Source of the DNA: Scyliorhinus canicula
Taxonomy: Eukaryota
Reading direction: 5' to 3'
Length of the DNA stretch: 64,000 nt
Assembly: GCF_902713615.1 (NCBI RefSeq)
Contig: NC_052151.1
Span: forward strand, 184,181,242-184,245,241
The notes under the pieces were generated by a model. It worked only from the letters and a program-made list of their open reading frames with translations, was not told the DNA's origin and ran no database searches. Shown one piece after another: positions 12,174 to 25,275 of the stretch (positions within the stretch are counted from its first letter, which is position 1; each line of letters opens with the position of its first letter). Both the position numbers and the translations under genes were made by a program.

Positions 12174-13298
12174 CTAGAAATGATCAAATGCAACTGGTGA
12201 AGAACACATTGCATCTAAAACTGCTTTATTTGTATTGATAATAAAACCAGAAAACATTTTACATTGTTAATGATTTTAGCATTGCAGCACAGTGACACAT
12301 GGTTAGCACTGCTGCCTCACAGCATTGAAGATGCCTGCCTCGGGTCACTGTCTTTGTGGATTTGCGCAACCCCCCCCCGGTGTCTGTGTGGGTCCCGTCC
12401 CCACAACCCAAAGCAATCAAGATTATTTTAAATAAATGGTGTTTTCTCTCCCACTAAGCACAAAGACCTACAAAGTACAGGTGAAGGAGGTCATTTCCTA
12501 ACAACTTTCGATAGAAACCAACACATCCCCACCCACACAACATAGCACCAAGTACCACATGTTCTTATCACCGCGCTACTATCTGGAGACCACGGCACGT
12601 ATTTAGAAGTGCATAAAGAAGTGCTTATTGAACTTTTTTCTTTTATCAGTTCATGTTTACTCTGGGTCATGTTTAGGCTTGGTTTTGAAATACTCGGGAG
12701 TAAACTGTTGCTATTCTGCTGAGTGTTGTCTATAACTCTTTGAAGTTCCTTCCCATTCATTTTCAAATTGAAGATTTATTTTTCTCCATAGCTCAGCTCT
12801 CTGACAGTAGGGATTGGCCTCATTGCTCTGAGCTGCCACTGCTTCTAGGGTTCAGATTTATTCCTTGTGCTTCAGCAACCAGAACTGAACACTAAGATTG
12901 AAGGTGTGACCTAACCTCTGCAGAATACAAAGTCAGCATGGACTGCCTCGGGCGCATACCCCACTGATTTGGCAACATAATCCAGCATTCAATTTGCTTT
13001 GCTGTGTTCACTTGTCTACATGTGAATACACATCAAATGCAAAATGCTTTGTTACATACAAGAGCATAGAGCGTTATAAGAATTCACGTTCATTTTTCCC
13101 TGTGCCTAGATTTTTGAAGATGGTGGAACATATTAAAAAAGCAATTAGATATGGGATCTTGGGCTTCATAAATAGAGGTATTGAGTGCAAAAGCTGCACA
13201 TTCATGTTGAACTTGTGTAAATCTCTAGATAGGCCACAACTACAGTACTGTGTACCGTTCTGGTCACCACACTTTAACGAGGGTGTGAGGGGCCTTGA

Positions 13299-13621
13299 AC
13301 ATAGAACATGCAGTGCAGGAGGAGGCCATTTGGCCCATCGAGTCTGCACCGACCCACTTAAGTCCTCACTTCCACCCTATCCCCATAACCCAATAACCCC
13401 ATCTCACCTTATTTGGTCACTAAGGGCAATTTATCATGGCCAATCCACCTAACCTGCACGTCTTTGAACTGTGGGAGGAAACCGGAGCACCCAGAGGAAA
13501 CCCACGCAGACACGGGGAGAACGTGCAGAATCCGCACAGACAGTGACCCAGCAGGGAATCGAACTTGGGACCCTGGCGCTGTGAAGCCACAGTGCTAATC
13601 ATTTGTGCTATCGTGCTGCCC
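13299..13621 (-). mobile_element. HE1-like V-SINE with a CR1-type tail, inserted in a CR1 fragment (~13110-14050 +). Similar copies: ~14953-15290, ~20092-20313, ~22472-22818, ~26652-26928, ~49790-50121, ~55075-55403 (-), ~59805-60118 (+)
   Basis: GGGCAGCACG.. tRNA head, V-domain (GTGTCTGCGTGGGTTTCCTCCGGGTGCTCCGGTTTCCTCCCACAGTCCAAAGA) and the tail GACTCGATGGGCCGAATGGCCTCCT. Confidence 0.85.
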
Positions 13622-14304
13622 AAATGGATGCTGAGGAGATTTAGCAGAATGGTAATAATGATGAGACATATTAGCTTCAAGGCTAGGTTTCAGGAAGCTA
13701 GGGTTGTTCCTCCTGGAGCAAAAGAGATCAAGGCGAGGTTTAATAGATGTGTCCAAGATCATGACATGTTTTGATATGGTAGACAATGAAAAACTAATGC
13801 TACTAGTACTGGGGAAAATCAATTTAAGATTAGGCGAGATCCAAAGGGTGGGATATGAAGAAGGATTTTTTACACAGTGAGTGGTAATGATCTGGAACTC
13901 GTTGCCTATGAGGGTGTGGAAGCAGAGATGATCAATAATTTCAATGGGACATTGGATAGGCACTTGAGCGAAATAAAGCTGTATTTAGGGGAGAAGGAGT
14001 AACAGAACTACAGAGAGTTGGCACAAATGGCCTCCTATGTTGTAACGATGCTATGAACTGCTGTTTTGTCATGGCTAGGCATAATCAGTGTTACATCCAG
14101 AGTGTTGATTTCTCACAACCATTTAAGCTTCTCTACGCATCAATCTCGTGCTGTGTGCAAAACCTGGTTAGGGGCTGGTTTCGCACAGTGCTAAAGAGCT
14201 GGCTTTTAAAGCAGACCAAGGCAGGCGTGGTTCAATTCCCGTACAAGCCTCCCCGGACAGGCGCCGGAATGTGGAGACTAGGGGCTTTTCACAGCAACTA
14301 CATT

Positions 14305-15667
14305 TTTTGAAAAAATATTTTTATTCTCCTCCTTTTTCACATTTTCTCCCGAATTTACACCCACCAACAATAAACAATAATCAGCAACAAATATGTCAAT
14401 CTCCAGAACAACGATCTCATCCTCCCACCAACCCCCAAACATCAGTCCGCATGTTTACATAAACAAATGACAAAAAGGAATCAGGGATTACCCATAGTCA
14501 CCCTCAATACACACAGCCGCCCCCCCCCACCCAGACTAATGTTCGATGTTATCCAGTTCTTGAAAGTGCATAATGAATAATGCCCATGACTTTTAGAACC
14601 CCTCCATCCTTCCCCTCAATTCAAACTTAACCTTCTCAAGGGTCAAGTATTCCAACAGGTCCCCTCGTCACGCCAGGGCACGTGGTGGAGAGGCTGCTCT
14701 CCATCCCAGCCGGATCCGCCTTCAGGTGATCAACGAAGCGAAGGCTACGATATCTGCCTCTGCACCCGTTTCCAACCCTTGCTGATATTCGACACCCCGA
14801 ATATGGCCTCCCGGGGACCCGGGTCCAGTTTCACGTGCACCATCTTGGAAATTACCCTAAAAACCTCCTTCCAGTACTACTCTAGCTTTGGACAGGACCA
14901 AAACATATGAACGTGATTAGCGGGGGCCCCCCCCCACAACGCTCACACACATTACATAGAATTTACAGTGCAGAAGGAGGCCATTCGGCCCATCGAGTCT
15001 GCACCGGCTCTTGGAAAGAGAATCCTACCCAAGGTCAACACCTCCACCCTATCCCCATAACCCAGTAACCCCACCCAACACTAAGGGCAATTTTGGACAC
15101 TAAGGGCAATTTAGCGTGGCCAATCCACCTAACCTGCACATCTTTGGACTGTGGGAGAAAACCGGAGTACCCGGAGGAAACCCACGCATACACGGGGAGA
15201 ACGTGCAGACTCCGCACAGACAGTGACCCAGCAGGGAATTGAACCTGGGACGCTGGAGCTGTGAAGCGATTGTGCTATCCACAATGCTACCCCTTATACT
15301 CCTTCAAAGAATCGGCTCATCCTCGCCCTCGTGAGGTGTGCTCTGTATATCACCTTTAGCTGTATCAGCCCCAACCTCGCACGAGGTGGAGGCATTCACT
15401 CTCCGGTGCACTTCACACCAGACCCCCTCCTCAATAACCTCTCCCAAATCTTCCTCCCACTTTGCTTTGATCCCTTCCAGTGGTGCCTTATCCTCTTCCA
15501 AAATAGCTCTGTACACCGCTGACACTACCCCCTTCTCCAGTCCGCTTGTCGTCAGCACCTCCTCCAGCAATGTGGAGGCCGGTTCCTCCGGGAAGCTCTG
15601 TATCTCCTTTCTGTCAAAATCTCGAACCTGCATGTATCTAAACATTTCTCCCTGCTCCAGCCCATTA
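14305..15667 (-). mobile_element. 5'-truncated L1/Tx1-clade LINE inserted into a short SINE and itself interrupted by a V-SINE
   Basis: ORF2 C-terminal motifs (FRYMQVRDF..KWEEDLG..W.E...RVNASTSC; HMFWSCPKL..YW), an AATAAA/A-rich 3' end, and the TSD ACAG(C/T)AACT(A/T)CATT at 14291-14304 and 15668-15681. Confidence 0.8.
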
Positions 15668-18600
15668 ACAGTAACTTCATTTGAAGCCTACTTGTGACAA
15701 TAAGCGTTTTTCATTTTCGTTTAATTTCATTTCAACCTTGCTGTTACCCGTATTGAATTTCACCCACCCACTGATCTTGACCACTTACAAACACTGTCTC
15801 GATTCTTTGATAATTCCTTAGCTGTTTTGTAAGGATTTCCTGCCCCTAGTTTGGTTATCAACTGAAAATTTGATCAATTGTGTTTCTGAATCCAGATCAG
15901 TAAAGCAAGTGAGAAACAAGGAACCAACTTCTCAACCACCATTGGGTAGCACCAACATTGCTTCGTGATGCAGCCGCATTCCTGTGGAACTTTGAAGCTT
16001 TGTGGAATTTCAAGTATTTGATACAATGGGGCTTTCCGATATCTGCACAGGACATCAACTCCTCAGAACGGCAACATCAATCAGACAGGTTGTTAAAAAT
16101 ATACTTGAGCAAAAGTAATGCAAATTAAAAGCGGGAGAGATTTCTGTAATGTGTTTAGATGAAGTATGTTTTACATGAACAAGGAGTTAGGTAGTACTGG
16201 AACCAATCCTAGAAAATGAAATGGAGCAAGTAGGCCCTGGAAGTATGCCAAACATGTAAAAAAAAACACTGACCATGACTTACTAATGAAAGAAAAATCA
16301 AAATAGCTATTTCAATTCAATAGGAAAAATAAATCCAGATAAATTCAACTGAAAAGTTAGCAAGAATGCACAAAAAATAGGAACTGTTACAACAGGGGAT
16401 GATTAGGGTAGAGATTATCTGGAGTTCTTTAGATTTGTGCAGAAATTAAAATGAGACTTTGAAAATACTAACAAAGGAAGATCAAGTGGAGTATACAAAA
16501 TTGAAGCATAGATTGGCCAATGGCCAAGAGATTTTGTGGCTGTTGAACGGTTAAGGAGGGTATGAAGGAACCGAGAGACAGTTTCTTCTGGTGGGGGTAC
16601 GCCAAAACAAAGGGACAGAATCTTCAAATGAAACCCATGCCATTTAGAAGAGAAATCAGGAAGCACTTTTTCACAGGCAGGCGGAAGGCAATGTGTAATT
16701 CTCTCTTCAAGAAGGCTCTGAATGCTGGGTCAATTAAAATTTTCACAGCCGTAATCGATAGATCTTTGTTAGATAATGGTTATAAGGAATATGGATGAAA
16801 TCCAGATGAGACACAAAAACAGACCAATCATCAAGTAATTGCAAGGTAGAACAGGTTCAAGAGCTGAATAGCCTCCTCTTGTTCTATGTTCTTAATACAA
16901 AAAAGTAGTTCGATGAGTTGGATTAGCAGCTGTGCTTCATAATTTTGAACTAAAGGCAATGTTAATTAAGCTTGATGATCGTTAGTTTTTTTAAAAATTC
17001 CTCGAATAACTGACCGGTAGACAGTGCTCAGAAATTCAATAATCTATTGTCCCATTCAATCTTAAGTAAGTTACAAATTTACAGGCAGTAGATATTCTCG
17101 AAGGCTCAGCATCACTTCTCTTTCTCTCTCTCTCCACCCAACTTACAAGTCTTTGAACCCTGCCTGGGTATTGTGATTAACCTCAGGTGCTGCATGCAGA
17201 CAGCTTTTTGAAAAGGATTCAACCCAGCACTACTCCAGAAGAACATATAAATCGTCTATCTGCATCTTTAAATCACCTATGTGGGTTTTGTGTTTGGAGT
17301 AGGGTTTCGCCCAGCAAACCCGTGGAGGTTGGGTGTGGCATTGCTGCTGGATAAGGGGAAGCTTGAGAGTCTAGCCGCTGCTACAGGAATGTACGTGGAG
17401 TTTAATAAGAGCGAGGAGGTCACAACTTCTACGTTCTAGGCGGTGATATGGAGGGAGCTGATCTCGATTAAGGCACACAGAGATATGGCGGGAAGGATGG
17501 AGAGAGAGGTTGAAAAGGCGATTCTGGTGGTGTTTGAGACTTTTTACCGGGAGTTATAACCCCCCTCCGAAAGAGGGGTTCTGATATGATACAATTCTTG
17601 GATGGTTTGCACTTCCTGGTGGCGAAGGAGAAGGTGTAGTGCTTGAGCTGGAGGAAATATGAGGTGCATTGCTCTGTGCAGTCTGGGCAGCCTCGATGCC
17701 ACATCTACTGGGAAAGCGGGGTGGGGGGGGGGGGGGGGGGGGGGATCAAATTGATGTATAAGACAACGACTGCCAGCGTTTGTACCAATACATTAAGCTT
17801 GAGGTACCTTTGACTGTATAGGGAAACAAGGCAGGGGTGTTCACTTTCCCCATTACTTTTTGCATTGACTATTGAACTGCTGGCTATTGCATTGAGGTCG
17901 TCAACAGAGTGGAAGAAGTATGGAGCATAGAGTGTCCCTAAACACGGACGACTTGCTGTTGTATGTAACAGACCCTCTCTCCAGTGTAGGAAAGATTATG
18001 GAGGCGTTAAGTAAGTTTGACTCCTTTTCGGGTTATAAATTCAACATGGGGAAGAGTGACGTCTTTCCGGTGAGTTCTCAGGAATAGAGAGTGGGTTGGA
18101 GAAATTGCCATTTTTGCTGGCTAGGTCGAGTTTTAGATATTTGGGAAAGCAGATGGCTCGCGACTGGGCATTGTTACATAAGCTGAATTTGAGTGAAGGG
18201 GGGTTTGAAAAGGTAGGATGCCCTCCTGTTATCATTGAGAGAGGGTTCAAATAGTGAAAATTATGATCCTTATAAAGTTCTCATTTACATTCCAGAGTCT
18301 TCTGATCTGTTTACTTAAATCTTTTTTAGTGAAGATTAATAAGCTGATTTCAACATTTCTATGGGCAGGCAAGACATCTTAGGTTTGGAGAGCATTTTTG
18401 CAGAGAGATAGGCAGTCAAGGGGTTGGCGTTGCCCAATTTGATGAATATCAAAAAGGTTCGGAAATGGGTCGTGGAGGAAGGTTTGGTTTAGGGGCAGAT
18501 AGGGCAGGATTCCTGTACAGGGTCATGTTTGAAGGCATTGGTGACGGCTCCACTACCGTTCACGCCAGCCAGATAGTCTATGCGCCCGGTGGTGGTAACC

Positions 18601-18896
18601 TCCTTTGGGGGGGGAATGAGTTCAGGTATTTACAGGTGAGAATTTTTTCTTGGAAGGAGCTTGTCTTTGTTCCTTGTTTGCTGCCCACCCCCCCTCCGAT
18701 GGGTAAGGTAGAGTCTTTGGATGATATGGGTCTCTGCTATTTATGGGCAGTTGGTGGAGAGGGAGAGGGCTTCACTGGAGGAGATAAAGAGAAAATGAGA
18801 GGAGTTGGGATGTGCATTTTGGAGAAGTAGGGCAGGGTTGTGGAGTGAGGCCCGATATAGGGTAAACTCTACTACCTCATGTGCAAGGCTGAGCCT

Positions 18897-19120
18897 AAAG
18901 TCGCCACAGTCCTAGATGTCCATAGGCTGCTTTCCTCTTTGAGGGAGAGAGCCGACTGGTGGTGATTTAACCTGAGGATCCCCACACCGCAGGCGATGGC
19001 AAGGTTGAGAAGGCAGGGCCTTCATGAATAACCTCAGCTGGTCCGGGAATTGAACCCGCGTTGTTGGCCTTGCTCTGCATCACAAACCAGCTGCCCAGCC
19101 AACTGAACTAAACTGGCTCA
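18897..19120 (-). mobile_element. tRNA-derived SINE, third family (second copy ~28455-28645)
   Basis: tRNA head on the minus strand (TTTAG.TCAGTTGGCTGG..GGTTCAATTCC) and two homologous copies. Confidence 0.7.
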
Positions 19121-19156
19121 GGGAAGTAGGTCAGTGTCAAGTACACTTTAAAGTGA

Positions 19157-19387
19157 GGGCAGCACGGTGGCGCAGTGATTAACACTGCTGCCTCACGGCG
19201 CCAAGGTCCCAGGTTCAAACCCAACTCTGGGTCACATGTCCGTGTGGAGTTTGCACATTCTCCCCATGTTTGCGTGGGTTTTGCCCCCACAACCCAAAGA
19301 TGTGCAGGGTAGCTGGATTGGGCATGCTAAATTGCCCCTTAATTGGAAAAAAAAAAGGAATTGGGTACTCTAAATTTAGTTTTTAAA
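19157..19387 (+). mobile_element. Short poly(A)-tailed V-SINE variant with a 16-bp TSD. Similar copies: ~11696-11883, ~21378-21602, ~23690-23902, ~36080-36230, ~39320-39549, ~44740-44965, ~46467-46670, ~53140-53344
   Basis: Same head as the HE1-like SINE but the tail is AATTGGAAAAAA..AATTGGGTACTCTAAATTT(A)n; TSD AAGTACACTTTAAAGT at 19139-19154 and 19388-19403. Confidence 0.85.
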
Positions 19388-22300
19388 AAGTACACTTTAA
19401 AGTAGTGCACTGAGCACAACTGACTAAATCACGCATGAGGGGTTCTTTTCAGAGGTGGAGGATAGATGCAAGCATTCGTTAAAAGGGCCTGCGAACCACT
19501 CACATGTTTGGTCCTGCCCCAAATGAAGGAGATTCAGGGAGACGTTTTCGAGACTATGTCAGAGATTTGGAGGTAAAGATGGCGCCGTGCCCATGGGTGG
19601 CGATATTTGAGGTATCGGGTAAATAAATTGAAGCGGCAGGAGGGAAAAGACATCATGTTTTGGCCTTTGCCTCCCTGATAGCCCGGAGGAGGATTCTGCT
19701 AGGGTGATGGACACCGGAGCCGCCTAGGATGGCGACTTGGGTGAGGGAACCTATCGGAGTTTTAACATCTGGAGAAAATCAAACAGGACATTGGGGGTTG
19801 GAGGCTTTTATCTCCTTTTTTGGTAGTCATCAGCAAATGGGGGGAGGGTCACAAAAGAAGAACTGTAGATGGCAGGTTGGTGGGTTGTTAATTATTATGA
19901 AAATTGTATAAAGTTGAATGAGTGTGTATATTGTAAATTGGAAAATGTCCTGAACAAAAATATATATTTTTAAAATCTTTAATTCACCTCAACCTTTGAA
20001 GCACCAGGGCAATCAAATTCAGACTGAAGCAAGTCACCAATCTCCACAAACTGTGTACCCCTTTCATTTTACTGGATTTTAACTTCTTTAATCATAGAAT
20101 CCCAAAAGTGCAGAAGGACGCCATTTGGCCCATCGAGTCTGCACCGGCCCTTAGATAGTGCACCCTACTTAAGCCCACGCCTCCACCCTATCCCCGTAAT
20201 CCAGTAACCCCACCTAACCTTTTGGACACTAAGGGGCAATTTACCGTGGCCAATCCACGTAACCTGCACACCTTTGGACTGTGGGAGGAAGCTGGAGCAC
20301 CCAGAGGAAACCCATTCTGTAACATTTGTATTTGTGTGTGTTTGTATGTGCATGCGTGCACGCAAACGGGCATGCACATTGGACGGGAGCTTATTATTTT
20401 ACTTAGACTAGGTTAAGGACAGGTTAAGGATAAAAGCTATCCTCTTTTCTTTGTTAAAATTCAAGAAAACCTGTCTGATTGTGTATTTTATGATCACAGC
20501 GTGTAAACAGCTAAACACTCAGCTGAATTGGCAAGCATATCCATTTAAACAAAAAAAACAGGTGTAGTCAAACAAAGAGGGAAAAGATGGGAGCCAATTG
20601 ACCCCCTCTAACCTGGTTGTAACATTATACACAAGATGACAGTTACTGAACAAATTGGTACTTATCCTTTCTCTTGTAGGCCATATCCATTAATGTCCCA
20701 GCTCTCTCCATCTCTGTCCGATTAAAAAGCACAATCCTTTTGCCGCTATTATATAATGACTTCCCCAAAAATGGATCAAGACATAGACCAACTTTTGATC
20801 GCACCTTCAACTGCCTCAAGGATTGGCTTCCCAAGTCACCAAAGTTTCCATCTTGAACGAGACCCACACTTCCCAAGTCAGCCAGGCATGACCATTCGCA
20901 ACAACTACTTGTTTGTTCTGTCAATCTTCTGTGCTAAGTCAAACTCATCCTAACATTGAAGATGGAAACAGTGCCGGGATGAGCTCAATGAGATCCGATC
21001 ACCTTGGAATCTAAAGTGATGCCAAATCATGAATGCAACACAAATTCTTTCAAGGGTTAAGAAAAATCTCAAAACGTTACAAAAAGCCTACACTATTTTA
21101 TGCCGTTTCACAACTGACTCAAAATTACAAGCAGGTTTTGCGATTGAACATGCTGTCAATTATTACAACGGCCAACCTAGTTCCTGGTTAAACATGTATT
21201 CAGGATGTTCCACATTAACAGGATGCTATCATATTGAATAAGGCTCAACTCATTAAAGAAAATATTTTAAACAACACTTACTCACCCTCAGGCTGATAAG
21301 AAATAAAAGTACAACACACATGTTTTACTGCAATACAACAATCTGTTTCACAGGTCAAATAAATTAGAACACCATTTAAAAAAAAAAAAATTTAGATTAG
21401 CCAATTATTTTTTCCAATTAAGGGGCAATTTAGCATGGCCAATCCACCTACTCTGCACATTTTTGGGTTGTGGGGGCGAAACCCACGCAGACACGGGGAG
21501 AACGTGCAAACTCCACACGGACAGTGACCCAGAGCCGGGATCGAACCTGGGACCTCAGCGCCGTGAGGCGGTTGTGCTAACCACTAGGCCACCGTGCTGC
21601 CCCAATTAGAACACCATTGACCTTGATTACAAGTCTAACAAGTCAAGAGTGCATTCAAGTAGAGCACATGCCTCCATCACACTGAATTAACTCAACATTA
21701 TTACAAATATGTGGCTCTTCCTTATGCTTTTCACTGCCTAGTTGATGCTGCTTTGAAACTACAAAGCTGAAAGAAGAACTCCTTCTATTAAAAGTTTCCA
21801 TCTCACCGAGGAGGCTTCAGGACAATCCATATCCAACAACCTGTGCTGAAAACTCTGCTCCCATTTTGACTGCGACAAATTGCATTGCAGCAGCTGAAAC
21901 AATCCTCAACATTCTAAAGTAAGTAATAACATTCTAAAAAAAACAACCACAACACTTTTTAAAAAGTCAATTTGCCCTATTTTCCAATGTTAAAAGATCC
22001 TTTAAAAAATATTCCAGGATCTGGATCCATAACTTTGCCAAAAATTGATCACTGCTTCCTTGGATCTTAACCAATCTGTGTACCAGGCTTTGTTGAAATC
22101 AGTTCATTATTTTTTTGCGATATATTGTTTTCTGACAAACAGGGGCAAAATGTGACTTTTTAAAACATGACAAAAGATCGACTTATCAGCATACCCTCAT
22201 TAAAGGCTGCTTGGAAGGACTATAAACATTTCGAATTGGAACAACTTAGAGCGCTATCAGCATCCAAACTTGCATCGGAAAACATTCCCTGGTGGAAATT

Positions 22301-23159
22301 ATCTTATTCCACCAACAGGAGAGAAGAACTTTCCATGGCCTGAATTAACCTGCACAAGGACCGCTCCAAACCTAGCGTAAAGGTAGGACAGAGGTAGAGT
22401 TAACTACCAACTCACTTGGCCAGAACTAAAACACAACATAAGAAACTATATAAACGGGGAGAGCAGATCTTCATAGAATTTACAGTGCAGAAGGAGGCCA
22501 TTCGGCCCATCGAGTCTGCACCAGCTCTTGGAAAGAGCACCCTACTCAAGGTCAACACCTCCACCCTATCCCCATAACCCAGTAACCCCACCCAACACTA
22601 AGGGCAATTTTGGACACTAAGGGCAATTTATCATGGCCAATCCACCTAACCTGCACATCTTTGGGCTGTGGGAGGAAACCGGAGTACCCGGAGGAAACCC
22701 ACGCACACACGGGGAGGATGTGCAGACTCCGCACAGACAGTGGCCCAATCCAGGAATCAAACCTGGGACCCTGGAGCTGTGAAGCAATTGTGCTATCCAC
22801 AATGCTACCGTGCTGCCCGTGGATGTTACAACAGCAGTTTTTACTGTGGCTAGATGGGTCATAGGAGAATGTAACTTCCTTGATCTGCTGTCCCTGTTTA
22901 CTTTTTCTGATGTTGCTGCTTCAGGCAAATTTCACTGGATGTTGGGTACACATGATTCCTGTAGAGTGTGGCCTCTGGCACAGCAGCATTGCCTTCAAGT
23001 ACCCAGATCTCCCGGCCTCAAAAGATATTTGTATTTAAAATGCACGCAACTGCAGCAGTACTGTTTATTGCAACAAATGACATTCAGCTAAAAGTATCTT
23101 CAGGTTAATAACATGTTGCATCAATTGTATACTGATAGGATATAGTAGGAAAAATCTTG

Positions 23160-24580
23160 CTGCATAGTCATAGAGTTTATACAACACAGAAAGAGGCCCT
23201 GCAGTCCATGGGTGTCCATGCCGGCCATCAAGCACCTATGTACTATGATCCCATTTTCCAGCACTTGGCCTGTGGCCTTGTATGCTACAGCATTTCAAGT
23301 TCTCATCTAAATACTTAAATATTGTGAGGGTTCCCACCTCTACCACCCTATCAGGCAGTGCGTTCCAGATTGCCGCTACCATCTGGGTGAAAATATGTTT
23401 TATCACATCTTCTGTAAACCTCCTACACATTACCTTAAATCTATGCTTTCTGGTTATTGACCGCTCTGCTAAGGGAAAAGGGTTCCTTACTATCCACTAC
23501 CCGAGCCCAACCAGTCTCTTTTGTTAGCTGAAACTCTCCAGCCCACGCAACATCCTGCTGAAACTCCTCTGCATGCTTTGTCGTGCCATCACATCCTTCC
23601 GATAATGTAGTGACCAGAACTGCACACAGTACTCCAGTTGTGGCCTAAGCAGCGTTTTATACAGCTCCATCATTTTTTCTTTTTTTTTCCTTAAATTTAG
23701 AGTACCCAATTCATTTTTTCCAATTAAGGGGCAATTTTACCTGGCCAATCCACCTACCCTGCACATCTTTGGGTTGCGGGGGCGAAACCTATGCAAACAT
23801 GGGGAGAATGTGCAAACTACACGAGTGAACCAGAGCCGGGATCAAACCTGGGACCTCGCTGCCATGAGGCAGCAGTGCTAACCACTGTGAAACCATGCTG
23901 CCTAATACAGCTCCATCATAACCTCTCTGCTCTTATAATAATAATAATCTTTATTCTCACAAGTAGGCTTACGTTAACACTGCAATTAGGTTACTGTGAA
24001 AAGTCCCGAGTCGCCAAATTCCGGCACCTGTTGGGTACACTGGGGGGGGAATTCAGAATGTCCAATTTACCTAACAGCACGTCTTTCGGGACCTGTGGGA
24101 GGAAACCGGATCACCCGGAGGAAACCCATGCAGACACAGGGAGAACATGCAGACTCCGCACAGACAGTGATCCAAGCTGGGAATCGAACACGAGACCCTG
24201 GCGCTGTGAAGTAACAGTGTTACTTACATATTCTATGCCTCAGTTATTAAAGGCAAATAGCCCACATACCTTATGAACCAGCTTATCTACCTGACCTGTT
24301 GTCGTCAGGGACCCATAGACATGCCCACCAAGGTCACTCTGATCCTCTGTATGTCCTATGGTCCTACCGTTCATTATATATTCTTTTGCCTTGTTAGTCT
24401 TCTTAAAATGCATTACCTCACATTTTTCAGAGCTAAATTTCATTTGCCACTGTTCTGCCCATCTAACCAGCCCGTTTATATTGACCTGCAATATAAGCAA
24501 TCTAAGGCTTTCCTCCTTACTATTTACACCAATTTTTTGACATCTTCAACCTTACAGATCATACCTCCCACATTCACGTC
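23160..24580 (-). mobile_element. CR1-type LINE 3' fragment with two nested SINEs
   Basis: ..WAEQWQMKFSSEKCEVMHF.. and ..LYKTLLRPQLEYCVQFWS.. motifs. Confidence 0.8.
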
Positions 24581-24918
24581 AACCGCTAAGTTTAATGAAC
24601 AATTAATATGCAATTGGAAGAAATTCTCCAAAATAATGGGAGGTTAAGGGTGAGATGCCATTGAAAAGAAGCAAACAGGAGAGGGGCATAGATCGACCAG
24701 CAAGATTCACAACTCGTGGCATATCGCTGAATTTCCTGGACTTACTAACAAATTAGCACTTAATAATGCACGCATTGTTAGTATGTTTTGCTGTTCTAAA
24801 GACTTAGCTCTTTTGGCAAGCTTTACAATGGAATTTAGCAATCAGCAAGGAATTTGCAATGTTGTTTGCACAGCCTAAGTGGATTGAATCTATAGTATTT
24901 CATTTAAATAGCTCTCAC

Positions 24919-25275
24919 CTCATCAAACCCGGCAGTTACCAAATCCTGCAACATCTGCTTGTTTACATCTGCGGGTCCACGGACTGACGAACTGTACTCA
25001 TTTGAAAATGGCAACAAGGAATTCCGGATCTCCTGCAAGGCTTTTTGGTAAGTTACGAATTTAAGAGCATTCCGGCCTTGTTGCCTTGAATCTTCTGTGC
25101 CCAATTTCATCATACTTTGATCCGTGCTTCCAGCATCTCCTGATGGTTTGGGTAAATGCCTGAGACTCTCTCTGATCTCCTGCAACATCTGGCGGCTACT
25201 CCCAGAAAAGTTGCTGGCAGGGAATGTTTTTGGTCTCATTTGTCTATGTCCATCAGGCTTCTCTCCCCTCTTCAT
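24919..25275 (-). CDS. LATS1: LATS1 first coding exon (whole exon 24919-25426 including 5' UTR)
   Basis: MKRGEKPDGHRQMRPKTFPASNFSGSSRQMLQEIRESLRHL..ALQEIRNSLLPFSNE..QMLQDLVTAGFDE|gtgaga; acceptor ttttttacag| at 25426. Confidence 0.96.

Larger units (their letters stand above)
17279..19974 (+). mobile_element. Decayed L1/Tx1-clade LINE with two nested SINEs
   Basis: RT motifs (GTRQGC..SPLLFAL.IE.LA, SGYKFN.GKS, FRYLG); TSD ATCTTTAA(A/T)TCACCT at 17264-17278 and 19975-19989. Confidence 0.75.

Noticed and set aside
20318-20624. Solo LTR bounded by TGTAACA..TGTAACA
   Set aside because: No TSD and no second copy in the window, so it cannot be supported.
20643-20924. 93-aa ORF in a LATS1 intron
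   Set aside because: Non-ATG start, no recognisable homology and no convincing splice sites.
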